DNA of 64,000 nt from Trichinella spiralis (lineage: Eukaryota), in the NCBI RefSeq assembly GCF_000181795.1, contig NW_003526947.1, positions 710,999 to 774,998 of the forward strand. Reading direction: 5' to 3'. The translations under genes were made by a program, and so were the position numbers. The notes beneath the pieces are model-generated. The model was not told where the DNA came from. It saw only the letters and a list, made by a program, of their open reading frames with translations, and did not search any database. Below, piece by piece: positions 1-13,594 of this stretch (positions are counted from its first letter, which is position 1; every line of letters begins with the position of its first letter).

Positions 1-2680
1 GTGTCGTCCACGATCTGCTTCGTGTCGTCCGCATTTTCACATGTTCTTTGCTCCATTCCTTAAACCTTTAATAATGATATTAAATCAAAATTGTCCTCAC
101 TTTATCACAAAGTAGAATTACAACAAATATAATCATTAAATGTATATAATCAAATATATGTATATATGTATAATATAATCAAATATATGTAATTAAAAAA
201 TAATTGTTTACATAATGTGTATACAAAGTTTTAAAAAAATTACAAGCAGAAAAGAGAATAACTTGTCAGTAATTCTGAAACCGATTTTAGCAGCTACTTA
301 ACGCCCGTAATGAACTCAGAGAACGTTCAACGATGCTACTAACTGCCACGTAAATCAAACAAACAAACGCACCCTTACTGATGATAAGGCAGCGTTATAG
401 CGATAGTTATTTGCATAATGCAGCGTTAGATACCGGTTTTTAGTCTGTTAGAACTTTTGGCTGAACATAAAGTGTAACCTAAGCCATAATATGAGCAGAA
501 TAAATGCACTTATTAAATTCTACCAATAAGGAAACGACTATTTGAAAATTCAAAAATGACCTTGACGTTTACAATTCAGTCAAAATATAAACTATCTGAC
601 AGAACGCTATAACAAACAAAAATTGACTTAGTCATAACACGCCTCCGCATGTTTGAATTTCACATTTGAAAATTCAAAAATGGCCTACATAAATGGACTC
701 ATCGCAAAATCTTTTCACTAAAATATAAGCACACTCGCTGCGTATGCTGACAAACAAACTTAACCAAACAAAAGATGAAATTTACCAAATGTCTCTGATG
801 ATGCGAAATTTGAAAAAATAATGTAACATGAAAATAAAGCTAACTTTCAATCTTCCTAGAGATGAAGTCATACCTAATTGTAATATGCAAATCAAAAAGA
901 ACGGTTTTGCAGTGAAAAATATCTCACTCATATATTACATACAACAAACTTGAGTCATTTCATTAAACTAAGGAATAATTTCACCCTTTCAAAGTATCCT
1001 TAGCCCTGCTTCACAGATGAACAAGAAATCGTATTTACCTCTTGCCTTCTCGTGTTCTGCTTCGTGCCGTCTGTGTTTTAACGTTTTCTTTGCTCCATTC
1101 TTTAAATCTGCAATTATGATATGAAATCAAAACTGCATTCACTTTATGACAAAGTAGAATTACAACAAATATAATAATTAAGTGCTATCTAATTAAAAAA
1201 TATTTGTTTACATAATGAGTATACAAAGTTTTAGAAAAATAAAAAGCAGAAAAATGGAATGCTTGTCAGTAATTCTGAAACCGACTTCAGCAGCTACTTT
1301 ACGCTATAATAAACTCAGAGAACGTTCAACGATGCTACCAATGGCCACGTAAATTAAACAAACAAACGCACCCTTACTGATGATAAGGCGCGTTATAGAG
1401 ATAGTTATTTGCATAATGCAGCGTTAGAAACCGCTTTTTAGTGCGTTAGAACTTTTGGCTGAAGATAAATTCTTGCCTTAGCCGCAATGGAATATGAACA
1501 GAAGAAATGCACCGTTAAATTCTACCAATAAGNNNNNNNNNNNNNNNNNNNNNNNNNNNNNNNNNNNNNNNNNNNNNNNNNNNNNNNNNNNNNNNNNNNN
1601 NNNNNNNNNNNNNNNNNNNNNNNNNNNNNNNNNNNNNNNNNNNNNNNNNNNNNNNNNNNNNNNNNNNNNNNNNNNNNNNNNNNNNNNNNNNNNNNNNNNN
1701 NNNNNNNNNNNNNNNNNNNNNNNNNNNNNNNNNNNNNNNNNNNNNNNNNNNNNNNNNNNNNNNNNNNNNNNNNNNNNNNNNNNNNNNNNNNNNNNNNNNN
1801 NNNNNNNNNNNNNNNNNNNNNNNNNNNNNNNNNNNNNNNNNNNNNNNNNNNNNNNNNNNNNNNNNNNNNNNNNNNNNNNNNNNNNNNNNNNNNNNNNNNN
1901 NTTTAGCCAGTACGGAAAGGAACTATTTGAAAATTCAAAATATGACATTGACATTTAACCTTCAGTCAAAATATAAACTATATGACAAAAAGCGGCATAA
2001 CAAAACAAAATTGACTTAGACAAAACACACCTACGTATTTCTGAAAAATTTTCTTAAGTCAGAAAACAAAGTACCTGAAATGAAGCTAATTTTAAGTGAA
2101 CAATTTGCGGGCAAAAGCTTGCTTATGGTCAATTAAAAGAGCGTGTTAGCTACTGCAAAAGTGATTTTCGAAAGACCATATTTTAATAATAGATAAACAA
2201 TGCGTACAGAGTGTATTTAATCAAACATAATTGTACGGAAATTTGGCGTTGATTAAATTAACCATCATCTCATACTGAGAATTCTTCATAGAGAATATAT
2301 TGAGAAATTATGCTCAATGTTGATTTTCAATTGCGTTGTTAAGTGATTATGACTAAAAAATGAAAAAACTACCACTTACTGCTAAATGCGCCATTTTCTC
2401 ATCGTTAATGTTCATTGTCTTTGAATGTTGATTAAAAAATTATTTTTCAGAAATTATTCCAAAAAATAATAATGAAGAAAAAGCAAAAAAATAGTGTTTG
2501 GCTTCAATGTTTATCTTCAGTCAATTTTGCAATCAAAACGCTGAGCTACCATCCACGGACGGCCTCAAACTGAAATGATTTCCATTATCTCAATAAAGCA
2601 AACGACCTCGTATGCAAATTTTCATTTTATTCATTTCTGCTGATAAATATGGCTACTGTACATTTTTCATTGCTTGGGCA
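1..2680. repeat. Tandem ~1-kb repeat units plus tail; paralogous to 17430-19210
   Basis: Shared motifs recur ~1 kb apart (CTGCTTCGTG..TTTGCTCCATT; CACTTTAT.ACAAAGTAGAATTAC; GAGAACGTTCAACGATGCTAC; AACGCACCCTTACTGATGATAAGG at ~366 and ~1365). 1920-2640 matches 18445-19170 closely. N gap at 1533-1900. Confidence 0.9.
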
Positions 2681-4259
2681 GAAAGAAATGCAGGGTTTGG
2701 GAGAAATCTGTCTAGTTGTTTTAAAATAATGTGCTTCTAAAGTTGGCACTTTGACCATCTCAATACATAGGTATGCGAGCCACTTGATTTGGGATATCTG
2801 AGAGCTATGCAACTAGGAACAGCGGGGTTAAGTTTTTTGTACTTGTCTATTCATTTCTGATCGATTGATCTCATTAAGTTCATTTTTTTGATTCCAAGGT
2901 TTTTCTCGAAAATTGCAAATTTCTTGGGCTGCAGACTTGCAAATTTTTCATTCTGTATGAATATTTGATTTTTAAAATTCAGGTACAACGTGAACCTTAA
3001 TCTTTTTCTATCCTTTTTATGAACTTAAAACGTTTTGAGATTAAATCATAATGGGATTGGAAGTTCAGCTGTTCATTGTTCTTTCAGATTTCATGAGAAT
3101 TTGTAATTTTTAGAAAGCTAAAAAATAACTGAATACATGAAAAAACAGAGTTCCTCATTTTCTCATTTTTTAAAAAATGTTGATAAAATTTTCAATAAAA
3201 TTCTTTATTTTTACGTTTTATAAAACTTATTGTGAATAAAACTTTTGCCTGTTCGTCCCCTGATTTTCATTTCGGTGGACTGTATTTATTCCAGGCGGCA
3301 ACTCATAAGTGAATTACTGTCTTACAAATTGTCGGGCCGACCAAGAAGAACAATTTTCTATTCACTTTTTCTAAATTTTATTTCCATACAATGAATCAAA
3401 TCAAAGTACACCAAAATGCAAAGAGGGCTAGATTACTGATTATACAACATAGAGCGCTCAAATGTACCACCATACTATCCTGCCTTACCTGAAACAATGA
3501 TGGTGAATCTCTGCCCACTGCTGTTGGTAGATGTAAACTGTGCAGACGAGCAGAAATGCAATAACGCCAAATCCCATAAACTAATGCCAAAAAGTGTGTG
3601 CATTGGTCTCTAAATGCCGATTCCACCAGTCATGGTCACATGGAAATCTGAACAACACACATTATGTGACAATTTTACCGTTCATTATCTCCGCAAACTA
3701 AAGTCGTTCCATTGTGAACATAAATTTTCAGTTTTTCATAAAGTACTTTGCATACATTACATTGTCATTGTTAAATTTGCTACTTATATCACATCAATCT
3801 ATTATCGAGCTGGTGATCATGAACCATTAACAAAAATAATTATACTAATATGTGATTAATATTTATTATTATAATAGCTTCTCACAGTTCAGATGTAGGT
3901 GAAACAACAAAGTCTATTCCATATGTTCAACGCGCAAGCCTAGGCTTTCACCGCTCGGACTCTAATAGTACGCACTCCATTTTTCCAAATAGCAAAGGAA
4001 AAGCTCGCACTTTGCTTTGTTTACGAGAAGGGAGCTTCTTCACGCTCCAGATTTTTGGTTTATCCATCCTTCACCTTTTTTATACATTTTTTCTCCCATT
4101 CTGGCCATGTTTTCTATTTAACAGAAGTCATATATGGCAGAGTTTTTTGTTATCTCTATTGCATAGCACATTTATACTTTATTATGAGGAACATTTTTCT
4201 AACTACGTTTTTATTAACTATATCTATTGCATTATTCTTGATTTATATAAAAGCAAAAA

Positions 4260-5230
4260 CAAAATATTATTTTTCTTATTTACTTTTATATACACGTTTT
4301 ATTAATTTACTTGTGTTCAAGATTATTGTTTTATTTTCCAAAGTTGTTAACTCTTTTTTCATTTTCTTCCATAAAAATTTTCAATATCACTGACTAGCAA
4401 CCACTAAAGACAAACGGAATATTTTCTTCTCTTGAATAATCCCACATTACCGCCATCAGTATGAAATAATGCTGTGTTATGCTTTTGTTATGTCTGGAAG
4501 AATTGTAACAGATCTTATTTATTGTGTTCATGTAATGAAGATGCTTTCAGTCACTTACATATGCAAACAAAAAGAAAAATGAAAAATAGTAATAAAAGAA
4601 AATTTAAAGAAAAATCAGGATAAAAGGAAATGATATTATGAAAAAAGAGATGAAAAAATAAAAAGGAAAAATAGGATAGTCGTTAAGATAATTTAGCTAA
4701 GCAACGCTTCATCTTTTCAAAGTATCCCAATCTCAGAGTTAAAAAAAGAGGGCCCTAAAAGAACTGCAGCTACCTTTCGTCTTAAATTATGCTTCGTGAC
4801 TTCACTTTTTCTTGTCGTCATTCATCATATCTGCAAAAATGCTAAATATTAAACCAAATGTTCGCTTTATGATACAGCAAAAGTTGCAAATGAGATGTTA
4901 AAATTAAAACTAAATTGTAAAATAAATTCTAAAATGTAACAAATAATAGCTTCTTAATTAAACGCATACTGCAAAAATGTGCAAACCATATCTTAAAAGA
5001 ATACAAATGAAGAAATGGAATATTTTTCAGTAATTAAGTATGGGCATCAGTTGTTACTTAACTCAATAATAAATGACCTACTAGAATATCGACTGACAGC
5101 ACTAAAACTTACATCAGACAAAAAAAAAACAAGCTTGTGGTTACTGATAATACTATTAACAGAAAAGCTTGAATTGCACATTATACAAACAAAGCTCAAG
5201 TAGCTTTGCATGGCTGAGCATAACAACGCC
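4260..5230. repeat. Diverged copy of the same repeat family
   Basis: TATTAATTTACTTGTGTT, GTAATGAAGA..CTTTC, TTTCAAAGTATCCCAA, TGCTTCGTG and CATATCTG occur in the same order as in 15940-17230. Confidence 0.65.
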
Positions 5231-5837
5231 AAAACTCATAAGTGAATTATTATTTCAGTATGAAAATAATTTCTAACCTAATCTTAATAATTTGACATAA
5301 AACACTTGCAATAGAAAGGGCACTGATACGGATATAAGAAAAGACACGTAAACTCTACCGCACCTTTCCTATTAGCAAATTCGTAAAAATACTGTCAGTT
5401 AAAACATAACCAAATTGTAAATAATTGATCATACAATTAGAATTCAAAGTCTAAAGAAATGTCAGGAAAACAGCTTTATTTTTAATTATAAATTTTAAAT
5501 ATTTTTGGCAAAAAAGTTGCACATTATAAAAATAATTCTTCCTGATTTTTCTTTACATATTACAGCACGCTTCAAATTTAAATGTTTTATTACCAAAATT
5601 TTTGTTTAATGTAATCACGATTACCATGATTGTTAATCACAGTTATTTGCTATATTGGCAACAATTAATAAGTTACTTACTGATGAAAACATTCAATGCC
5701 AGTTTGTATTGCAGTTTCAACAATTATTCGCCATTTTCATAACGTAATATGTTGAAAGCTTGTCCGAACAAATATTGTACTAATATTACATGTGTAATGT
5801 CTTGCCGAATTTTCAAAAAGGCGTGGAAATCACAAAC

Positions 5838-7232
5838 GGGGTAGACTCATTTTTGCCATCAAAGACATGCCGCCTCGAAATTTGATTGGCTATAAATTTC
5901 CCATCCAAATTTGATTGGCTTTAAATTTCATTGGTTTACAAGCTGACTAACTTTCATTGATTGTCGTTGTGATGAATTTTATTTGTTATCGCGCTGCTAA
6001 ATTTCACTGGTTGTGGCTGTGATGAATTTTATTTGTTTTCGTGAACCTAAATTTTACTGGTTGTCGTTGTAATGCGTTCTATTTGTCAAATTTCGGTTTC
6101 TTTTCAATGGTCAGTTTTCTGATATTCAAAGCTATACTATTTATATCCTATATATATTTAAAAAATTACTGTTTAATGGTACTTATTTAATTAAATTAAT
6201 TACAATTAATTATTTAATAGAATTCAGTAAAATGGTGAATCCACCGCGAAAGTTTCCAAGTGATCTTTCTTACTAATAGCATCCGTAACTTTTAAATTTG
6301 TACACATTGCACCCCTGCAGCCTATTTTATCTTATATCAAAATAAACTATTCTTTAAAAACAATAGACACATGATGCACATTGAGTGTACACTTTGGAAC
6401 ATCATATTGCAATGTCCATGAACTTTGGAATATCATGGTGCAATGTCTTGTATTGGGTNNNNNNNNNNNNNNNNNNNNNNNNNNNNNNNNNNNNNNNNNN
6501 NNNNNNNNNNNNNNNNNNNNNNNNNNNNNNNNNNNNNNNNNNNNNNNNNNNNNNNNNNNNNNNNNNNNNNNNNNNNNNNNNNNNNNNNNNNNNNNNNNNN
6601 NNNNNTCATGTTGCAATGTCTTGTATTGGGTTGTATTATAATGTTGTATTGTATTGTCTTCTATGTAGTTTTATGTTTTTATCACTGAATAAATTTTCAC
6701 CACTGAAAATTATAATTATCTAATTCTCAACTTGGAATGGAAACTTTTGAACAAGTTCTATAAAATGCTGTATAGTACACAAGCAATAAACTGAGTTAGC
6801 ATACCTTAAAGATAAGCAAATTTCTAAGGTGTGATCAGCATATGCACAAAAATATAATCTGAAAAAAATTTGCTTTTAAGATTATAATTTTGAAATGATG
6901 GTCAACTTTTAATTTTATTTAATGCTACTACAAATATATGTGGAATAAAAAAAGTTAAGCTTTGAATATCAAAAAACTGACCATTGAAGAGAATCCGAAA
7001 TTCGACAAATAGAAAGCACTACAACGACAGCCATTAAAATTTAGGTTTGCGAAAACAAATGAAATTTATCACAACCACAACCAGTGAAATTTAGTCGCGC
7101 GACAACAAATAAAATTTACCACAACGACCACCACTAAAATTTAGTTGCGCTCATTGGCTTGAAAACCAATAAAATTTAAAGCCAATCAAATTTCGAGCGG
7201 CATGCCTTTGATGGCAAAAATGAGACTAAACC
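5838..7232. mobile_element. Non-autonomous Mutator-like (MULE) DNA transposon
   Basis: Long imperfect TIRs at ~5838-6133 and ~6958-7232, starting GGGGTAGACTCATTTTTGCCATCAAAG and ending CTTTGATGGCAAAAATGAGACTAAACC. Exact 9-bp flanking duplication ATCACAAAC at 5829-5837 and 7233-7241. No transposase ORF visible. Confidence 0.85.
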
Positions 7233-10200
7233 ATCACAAACATTTTCAAGAATGAAAACTTGCTTAGAGCAATTAGACAAGGAAAACCAATACGACAAAG
7301 ACTTCAAGGCCCAATAAAATGAAAACCAATACGACAAAGATTTGACGGTCTAATAAAATAGCGTGGGCAAAGACCAATGAGAGAAAAGCGGGACCGAGTA
7401 AAACCACCTCTGATAAAGAAGTTCGTACGGAAAACATAACATTAAGCATCTAAGGAATATATCTATGGACCGCTCTCTGGACGCTAAAAGGAGAAAATAT
7501 GAAGCAATGGCAAAGATAAGAAAGAGAAAATCACAAATTATTGATAAATGTAAATAAGGTAAAAATTGGAATAGAAAAATCATAGCAATTATTCAAAAGT
7601 TATTGTTTTCTTTTATTATTATGAAGCGAGAATGTGAGTATTATAAATTGAAAAGGTTTTCAGTTGAAGCTTTGTGCCCAGTGGCTGAAAGCTAAATAGC
7701 CGATATGTCTACGAAATGCGGAATATTTCATATAAATGAGAATCAAGCAATGTAATACTGGAAATAATATTAATTTTAAAAAGAAAAAAAATTTGGAGAA
7801 GTTAATATATATAGAAGTTAAATTCTAGATACATCGGGCAGCAGGTTGTCCGCGTGCAAATTACCCTACCCAATATTCATGGGGTGAAGGGTTCGAATCT
7901 GCTAGCCACATGTAAAATATATGCTTGTAATAGCGCAACTCAGCACGCGCTTCTACAAGCTAATCAGCTGCTATAGCAAATCAATGCAATAATTGGTTGT
8001 TACAGACCCGGATTTCTGCGAAGCAGAAAATTGTTCAGACATTGGTTAATCCAATAAACCAATGGATTTACTGAATCTTTTCCTTTATCTATCCGATTAT
8101 CAGAGATGCCAATAATTGGCTACATTCAATAGCTAGAAATCTTTTCCACTTTCAACCACGTTACGGGGTTAAATTACATTATAAATTCATTCAAACTGAT
8201 GTTTTGATGTCGTTAAGTATTTTTTATTCATATAAAACATATGTGAGACATACAACTAATCCACACACGGTACACAATTTATTTAGAATTGTAAGTTGGA
8301 AACTGTCGCATTTTATTCACATAATAATTTTTAGCATTTTCTTTCTTTGGTTCACTTTTAGATTAAAATAAATTGTAAAGTTGCTATTTAAAATTGTGTT
8401 CAAAATGCAAATTTAGCAATAAAATATCCCAAATGCCTTCGTTTTCTAATTAACATTGTTCACTGTAAACTATCTAAATGAACAACTTTTCATCAGCAGT
8501 GTTGCTGTCATTTTTCAAAACTTGTAATTTTTAAACTGCTAGATATGGATATTGATGGGGAGGGCCTACATGAGCAATTTCACAAATGATAAAAGCAAGG
8601 TAAACAGAACCGTCATATTGCAAACTCTCAACGCCGCAAACATACCCTGGCACCATTGAAGACATGCTGATCTACCCAGACATCCGCAGGAATCTGTAGA
8701 TGACACGGAATAAAGTCAAGAAATCAAGCGGAAATCCATGAAAGCTTAAATCACAATCACGATGCGTTACCAGTGAATATGCCATGACAAAATAGGTTGA
8801 AACTCACGAAGCTAACCAAGAAAGAGAATATTTCGATACCTTCAAAGAATAACATAATAAATAAGCCTTTCACTATAAGCAGGAAACAGAAACAGATATT
8901 ACAAAATTTGACAAAGCAAAAGTGACAACCTTAATATGACAAAGTTATGAGAGAGATGTAGAGATAATTTTGCATATAACTGCAGAAGGAAGGAATAATA
9001 TAAATGTCAGCATACCTCAGCGGAAAATAAGTAAAATTGCTGTTAGTCATATCAAGGCTCAAAGTCAACAGATAAGATAACTGAAACTTGGCATATCACC
9101 ATCAGGATAAAAGAGATTAACTTGTTCTGCATGTTCGGCTGAAATGCCTCACGTTGCATGCTTGACTGCACTGTTTTTTTGTCACGTTCTGGTTTCAAAT
9201 TAAATAGTCATCCATTGTCACACTTACATGATCATTTATTAATTTGAATAAATGTACTTCATTTTACAATTGAATAAACCTACTATAAGTATTGAAAATG
9301 TCACATACATTCACATGATTCATCATATTAAGATCCATTAAAATTTAATGAGAAATGCATGGCTTGTGATGATGAAACTGTTAACGAAGTAACTGAATAT
9401 CATTCCTTAATCTACAGTATTTTTTTGTGAAGCTGGCAAAGAAAGCAAAATTGCTTTTGTATGTAAATTTGATATGCATGTAATTATTGTCGACAACAAT
9501 CAGTTTGAATTTGTGCAACTTCAACCAAATGAATCCAAATTCAGCACCTCATTCATAAAATTATTTTGCATTATTTGAAATTTATTTTTTGACATTTCAC
9601 ATAAATCTCCTCGAAAAATATTGAAAAATAATTAAACGTCGTTGATTTGAAAATGACTGGGAAATGAATGTAACCAACGCTGATTTATTCAAATTGAAAA
9701 TTGATCAAGATATCAATAGAACTGATGAAGGCAAAATTGAGCACGAAAACAGGCACACTCAGATATAAAGTATCAGGAATGATAAACAATGACTTGGAAA
9801 GGAAATTGAACAAATTCAGTCAGATCTGAAAATTCATAAAATTTACTATAATAAAAGCAAATAATCGAACAAAGTGAAATCATTTTTTCATAGTAACAAT
9901 GGGCAATTGTCAATTAGACAACTAAACATTCGCCTTATTTTTTAAAAATATTATTGTGAGACGATGTAAATTTGCATAGCAAACAAACGCTGCGCTGTTA
10001 GCGTTATTTGATTAAGTCTAACCGTCAACAATAAATTATTTATTTTTGAAGATAATTTTTCAATTTCATCTTGAGAATATAACATAAATTGTTAAATTTA
10101 TGACGGAACTAGCTATTTAATATTGCTCTTGTTTGTTTCACATGCACAAGAAAATTTTCATTAATCCATTGTTGTTTGAATTATTCATAATTATTTCAAA

Positions 10201-11579
10201 AATATGCGTCAATTTATTTATGAATGGATGAGATCGTCCCACTTTTGGCCGGTCCCGATTTCCCCTAACCCCGCCCCTTATTGGTAATTGGCGAGTCGTT
10301 GATTGGCTGTACGGCTATTGATTAGCAATTGTCTAATGAGTTATTCTGTTTTATTTGTTACCCAGTTTGCATCCGTTTACCGACCAATCGTGTACAGCCA
10401 ATCACAAATTTCGGTCGAATTTATGCGGACAAAATGGGAGTAAACCTATATACAAATTTAAAAATGATTTTGAAATCCAACAGATCCTTTTTGATTATCA
10501 TTTGGTTATAATCGAATACAACAATTGCATCTTGAATGTTTAGTCAATTCAGTAGTTGGTTTACTTTAGATGTATTGAAAAACAAATTTAATACAATTTA
10601 CACAAAATGTATAATCACCGATGTTTATTTTAAACAGAATTCCAGATTTTATTTTTTATTTAAATGAAACATAAGAAGAAAAACAATAACTCTTGTGAAC
10701 AGGAGCGAAAGAAAGATTGGAAAGATTAAATTCTTCTGCAAACCAGGAATATTTTCAGAGAACAGGGAGGCAAAATCAGAAAAGTATTTTGATGCTAACA
10801 TTCTGCAATCACCACTCCCAGTTTTAGCTGAAAACTGCAGTTGTGGACAATTTATCAATTTTACGTTTTCCCTTTGTACTTGAATAACCTTCAAGTAGCC
10901 TTCATCAGAACAATATCTGCCAAACAGAAAAGAACCTCAGGCATAAATTTCATTTAACTGTTAGGTAAGAAAGTAATTTATATGACGAGTGAAAGCAACT
11001 GTTGGCTGACATTTCTTTTGAACAGTATTTATGAACGCGGGCGGATAAATGTAAAGCACTTTGGAAGCGGAAAAAAAGCGATGAACAACACAAAGCAAAA
11101 AAGCTGTCAAAGTTGCTTCAAATTCACTCTGCAATGGATATCGCATTCTTTGATGTTGGAATTTGTGCGCCGTTAATTATCTGACACTGCTCATTTGAAT
11201 GACAAACATGTATTATGCATGAAAAAATGTTTACTAAAATATCGCTCTTGAATATTTTTTGTAATACAGTATACTTTGCGTTTGCATATTTTTATTTTTT
11301 AATGTATATGATTTTGAAATGGATCATCTGAAAAATTACTTAGCTTTTTACTTACTTGAAAATTTTGCCTTACTTAGTACATTTAATTAAGGAGACCGCC
11401 TCTAATGGTTTCATTATTTTTAATTAAATAATTTAGGTTGTAATTTTTATTTTATAGCTGAAAAACATCTCCCTCAAAATAAGAAATACTTATGCACAAT
11501 ATTTTATTCAGAATGAAAGCACAAATATCTGAAATACAAACAGAATATTATAATAAAGCAATAAACCAGTATAGCACTT

Positions 11580-11825
11580 GAATGTTAACTACAAGTGCCA
11601 TTTGAAAGGCTGCATCTTCACTAATCGCTTCAAGTAAAGCACTGTTCATCAGAAATGTGATTCATTCCATCTTCGACGTTTTTCTCCATTATATCATGAA
11701 TAATCGAATGTAAACTGCAAGTGCCATTTGAAAGGCTCCATCTTCACCAATCGCTTCAAGTAAAGCATTGTTCATCAGAAATGTGGGACATTCATTCTAT
11801 CTTCGATGTTTTTCTCCATAATATC
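11580..11825. repeat. Direct tandem duplication of ~125 bp
   Basis: GAATGT..ACT.CAAGTGCCATTTGAAAGGCT.CATCTTCAC.AATCGCTTCAAGTAAAGCA.TGTTCATCAGAAATGTG occurs twice in succession. Confidence 0.85.
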
Positions 11826-12069
11826 CTGATTGGCGTTGGTAAATATGCAGACAAGTTCCAAGTCCAAAAGACATTGGAAAATATGTCTACAAAACGTGCG
11901 CACCGCAACCAATCTTTCGCATATAACAATGCTGCCGCTTCATCACTGAATATTAATGATTTTGCGTTTTTACCATACAAATGCATCACTGTGGCGTATA
12001 ACACACACAGCCAATATTTTGTTCTTATTTCCATTTCTGCACTTATTGACCATTTGTCATCTGAAAACT

Positions 12070-13206
12070 AACAAATCGGTGTTGCATGTGCGACGCGTCA
12101 CATCTTAAGTATTTTAGATGTTCCAAGAGGTAATTTTGAATTTTCATTTCCTTTTCCAATTTGCAATACGATCCACCTTCAATACGATGTCACCTTCTTC
12201 CGGTTTCAGTTTCCATCATGTCCATTGTACGAAATTCCTTTTCTCGTTCATTTTCCATAATTTTCTATATTCGCAGAGCGAATCCCGCGTTGATATACTC
12301 TCATCAAATTTGTTTGGGTAAATATTACCCATCAAAAAATGAGACGGACTTAACATGTTTTCAGATCTCGTCTCGTCGCCGATGAATATTAGTCGACCAG
12401 AGTTCACTCTGGTCTCCACGTAATACAACATCGTCTGGAATTGTTTTGCTTTACTGCAGTGCTGCCTCTCTTTCTTCAACGTGCTTTTGATCGTCCTAAC
12501 CAATCTTTCCCAACATCAACCAGAACATGCGTCAATTAGCCCCCTCTGAAGAAAATCACCATTCGAATCATTAAATAATAATGATCACACCAGTTAGCCA
12601 ACAAATATATGATGCAGTGAACTCGCTTTCCATTTTCAAATATATTTGTATAGTAATATCCATTCCTGTTCTAGAATGGGAAGTGTTCCAACAGATGAGA
12701 TAATACAGTATCCAACGGAATTGCATCTGTTTCTGGTAATTCGCACGTGCAATTTTATCCGTTCCATTCGCAACGACTACGAAACTTTCTTGCACATTAA
12801 CATTCTATTCGGCATACATCCTGCCGCTGCGACGGACGTTCAAACATATGCATCGTAGAAAGCACAATCATAAAGGTTCTTTTCAGAAAAATTATCAAAA
12901 ATTGTGGACAGATTGTTGTCATCCGTAAGAGGGAGTGAGTATAGAATTCGGCATACCTCCATCTTCATATGAAATTGTAAATGTAATAAATGTATCTTTC
13001 TCAGCTCACCATAACTGCTTTCGCCTTGTTATCAACTTTAGTATTAATACGTCTTCTTTTTTCTACTGTTTCCCATGAACAACGTTTGAAAATGCAAAAT
13101 CGCTCGCCTTTCTCTTGTTGTGATGTTCATACGTGAAGACCAGTAATTTAGTAGGCGCTGTCACTGTTTTTCATAGAGGTTGGCGGGTACATCTCGGCTT
13201 CAGGAC
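12070..13206 (-). mobile_element. Degenerate, internally deleted BEL/Pao LTR retrotransposon (integrase and C-terminal remnant)
   Basis: Minus-strand translations give 'TGMDITIQIYLK..SYICWLT' and 'WERLVRTIKSTLKK..FQTMLYYVETRVNSGRLIF..MLSPSHFLMG'. These match BEL/Pao integrase motifs (TGxD.aGP, WERLV..K, NSRPL, LTP.HFL.G) and carry frameshifts and stops. Confidence 0.75.
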
Positions 13207-13594
13207 TGTTCCGTTGGTCACCGCAATCCGTGTAGATCTTTCGACATATTTCGCGTTTCGACGAGGACATTCAGGATAATAAAGATAAAGTACAACTACG
13301 CAGTCGAATAACGTGTTTATCAGAACGTGCTACCGACAACCACGGCGATAAATCACACTGCGCCCGACCACGAACCGAACACCACACACCAACACTACAT
13401 GACCGTCTCCCTTTACTGTGACAAACGACCGTAATATTTCTGATGATCAAGTATTACAACACTCTTTTCTACCGATGGGTCGAAAAAACTTCTCGTGGTG
13501 ACGTCTCTCTTTCCTTCTCTCGCTGCTTTGCCAACAATGGATGGCGTTTCAGATTTTCTACCGCAAGGTACTGAACACCTGGCCGTCTGTGACA
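13207..13594 (-). mobile_element. Putative 5' LTR (~390 bp) of the BEL/Pao element
   Basis: The minus strand starts TGTCACAG and ends GGAACA (TG..CA). It is followed directly by GTCCTGAAGCCGAGA, which resembles a decayed tRNA primer-binding site, and then by the internal remnant. Confidence 0.55.

Noticed and set aside
795..815. Second CTGATGA..GAAA hammerhead-like core
   Set aside because: Only 3 nt lie between the boxes, there are no stems, and the paralogous site at ~17684 reads CTGATGC.
1478..1958. Long ORFs in the track at 1478-1958 (also 6347-6723)
   Set aside because: They are open only because they run through N gaps.
7280..7345. CRISPR-like direct repeat GAAAACCAATACGACAAAGA x2
   Set aside because: Only two copies in a eukaryotic context; most likely a transposon sub-terminal repeat.
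7835..7907. tRNA or tRNA-derived SINE (B-box GGTTCGAATC at 7890-7899)
   Set aside because: No cloverleaf, acceptor stem or clear A box could be built, and it is a single occurrence.
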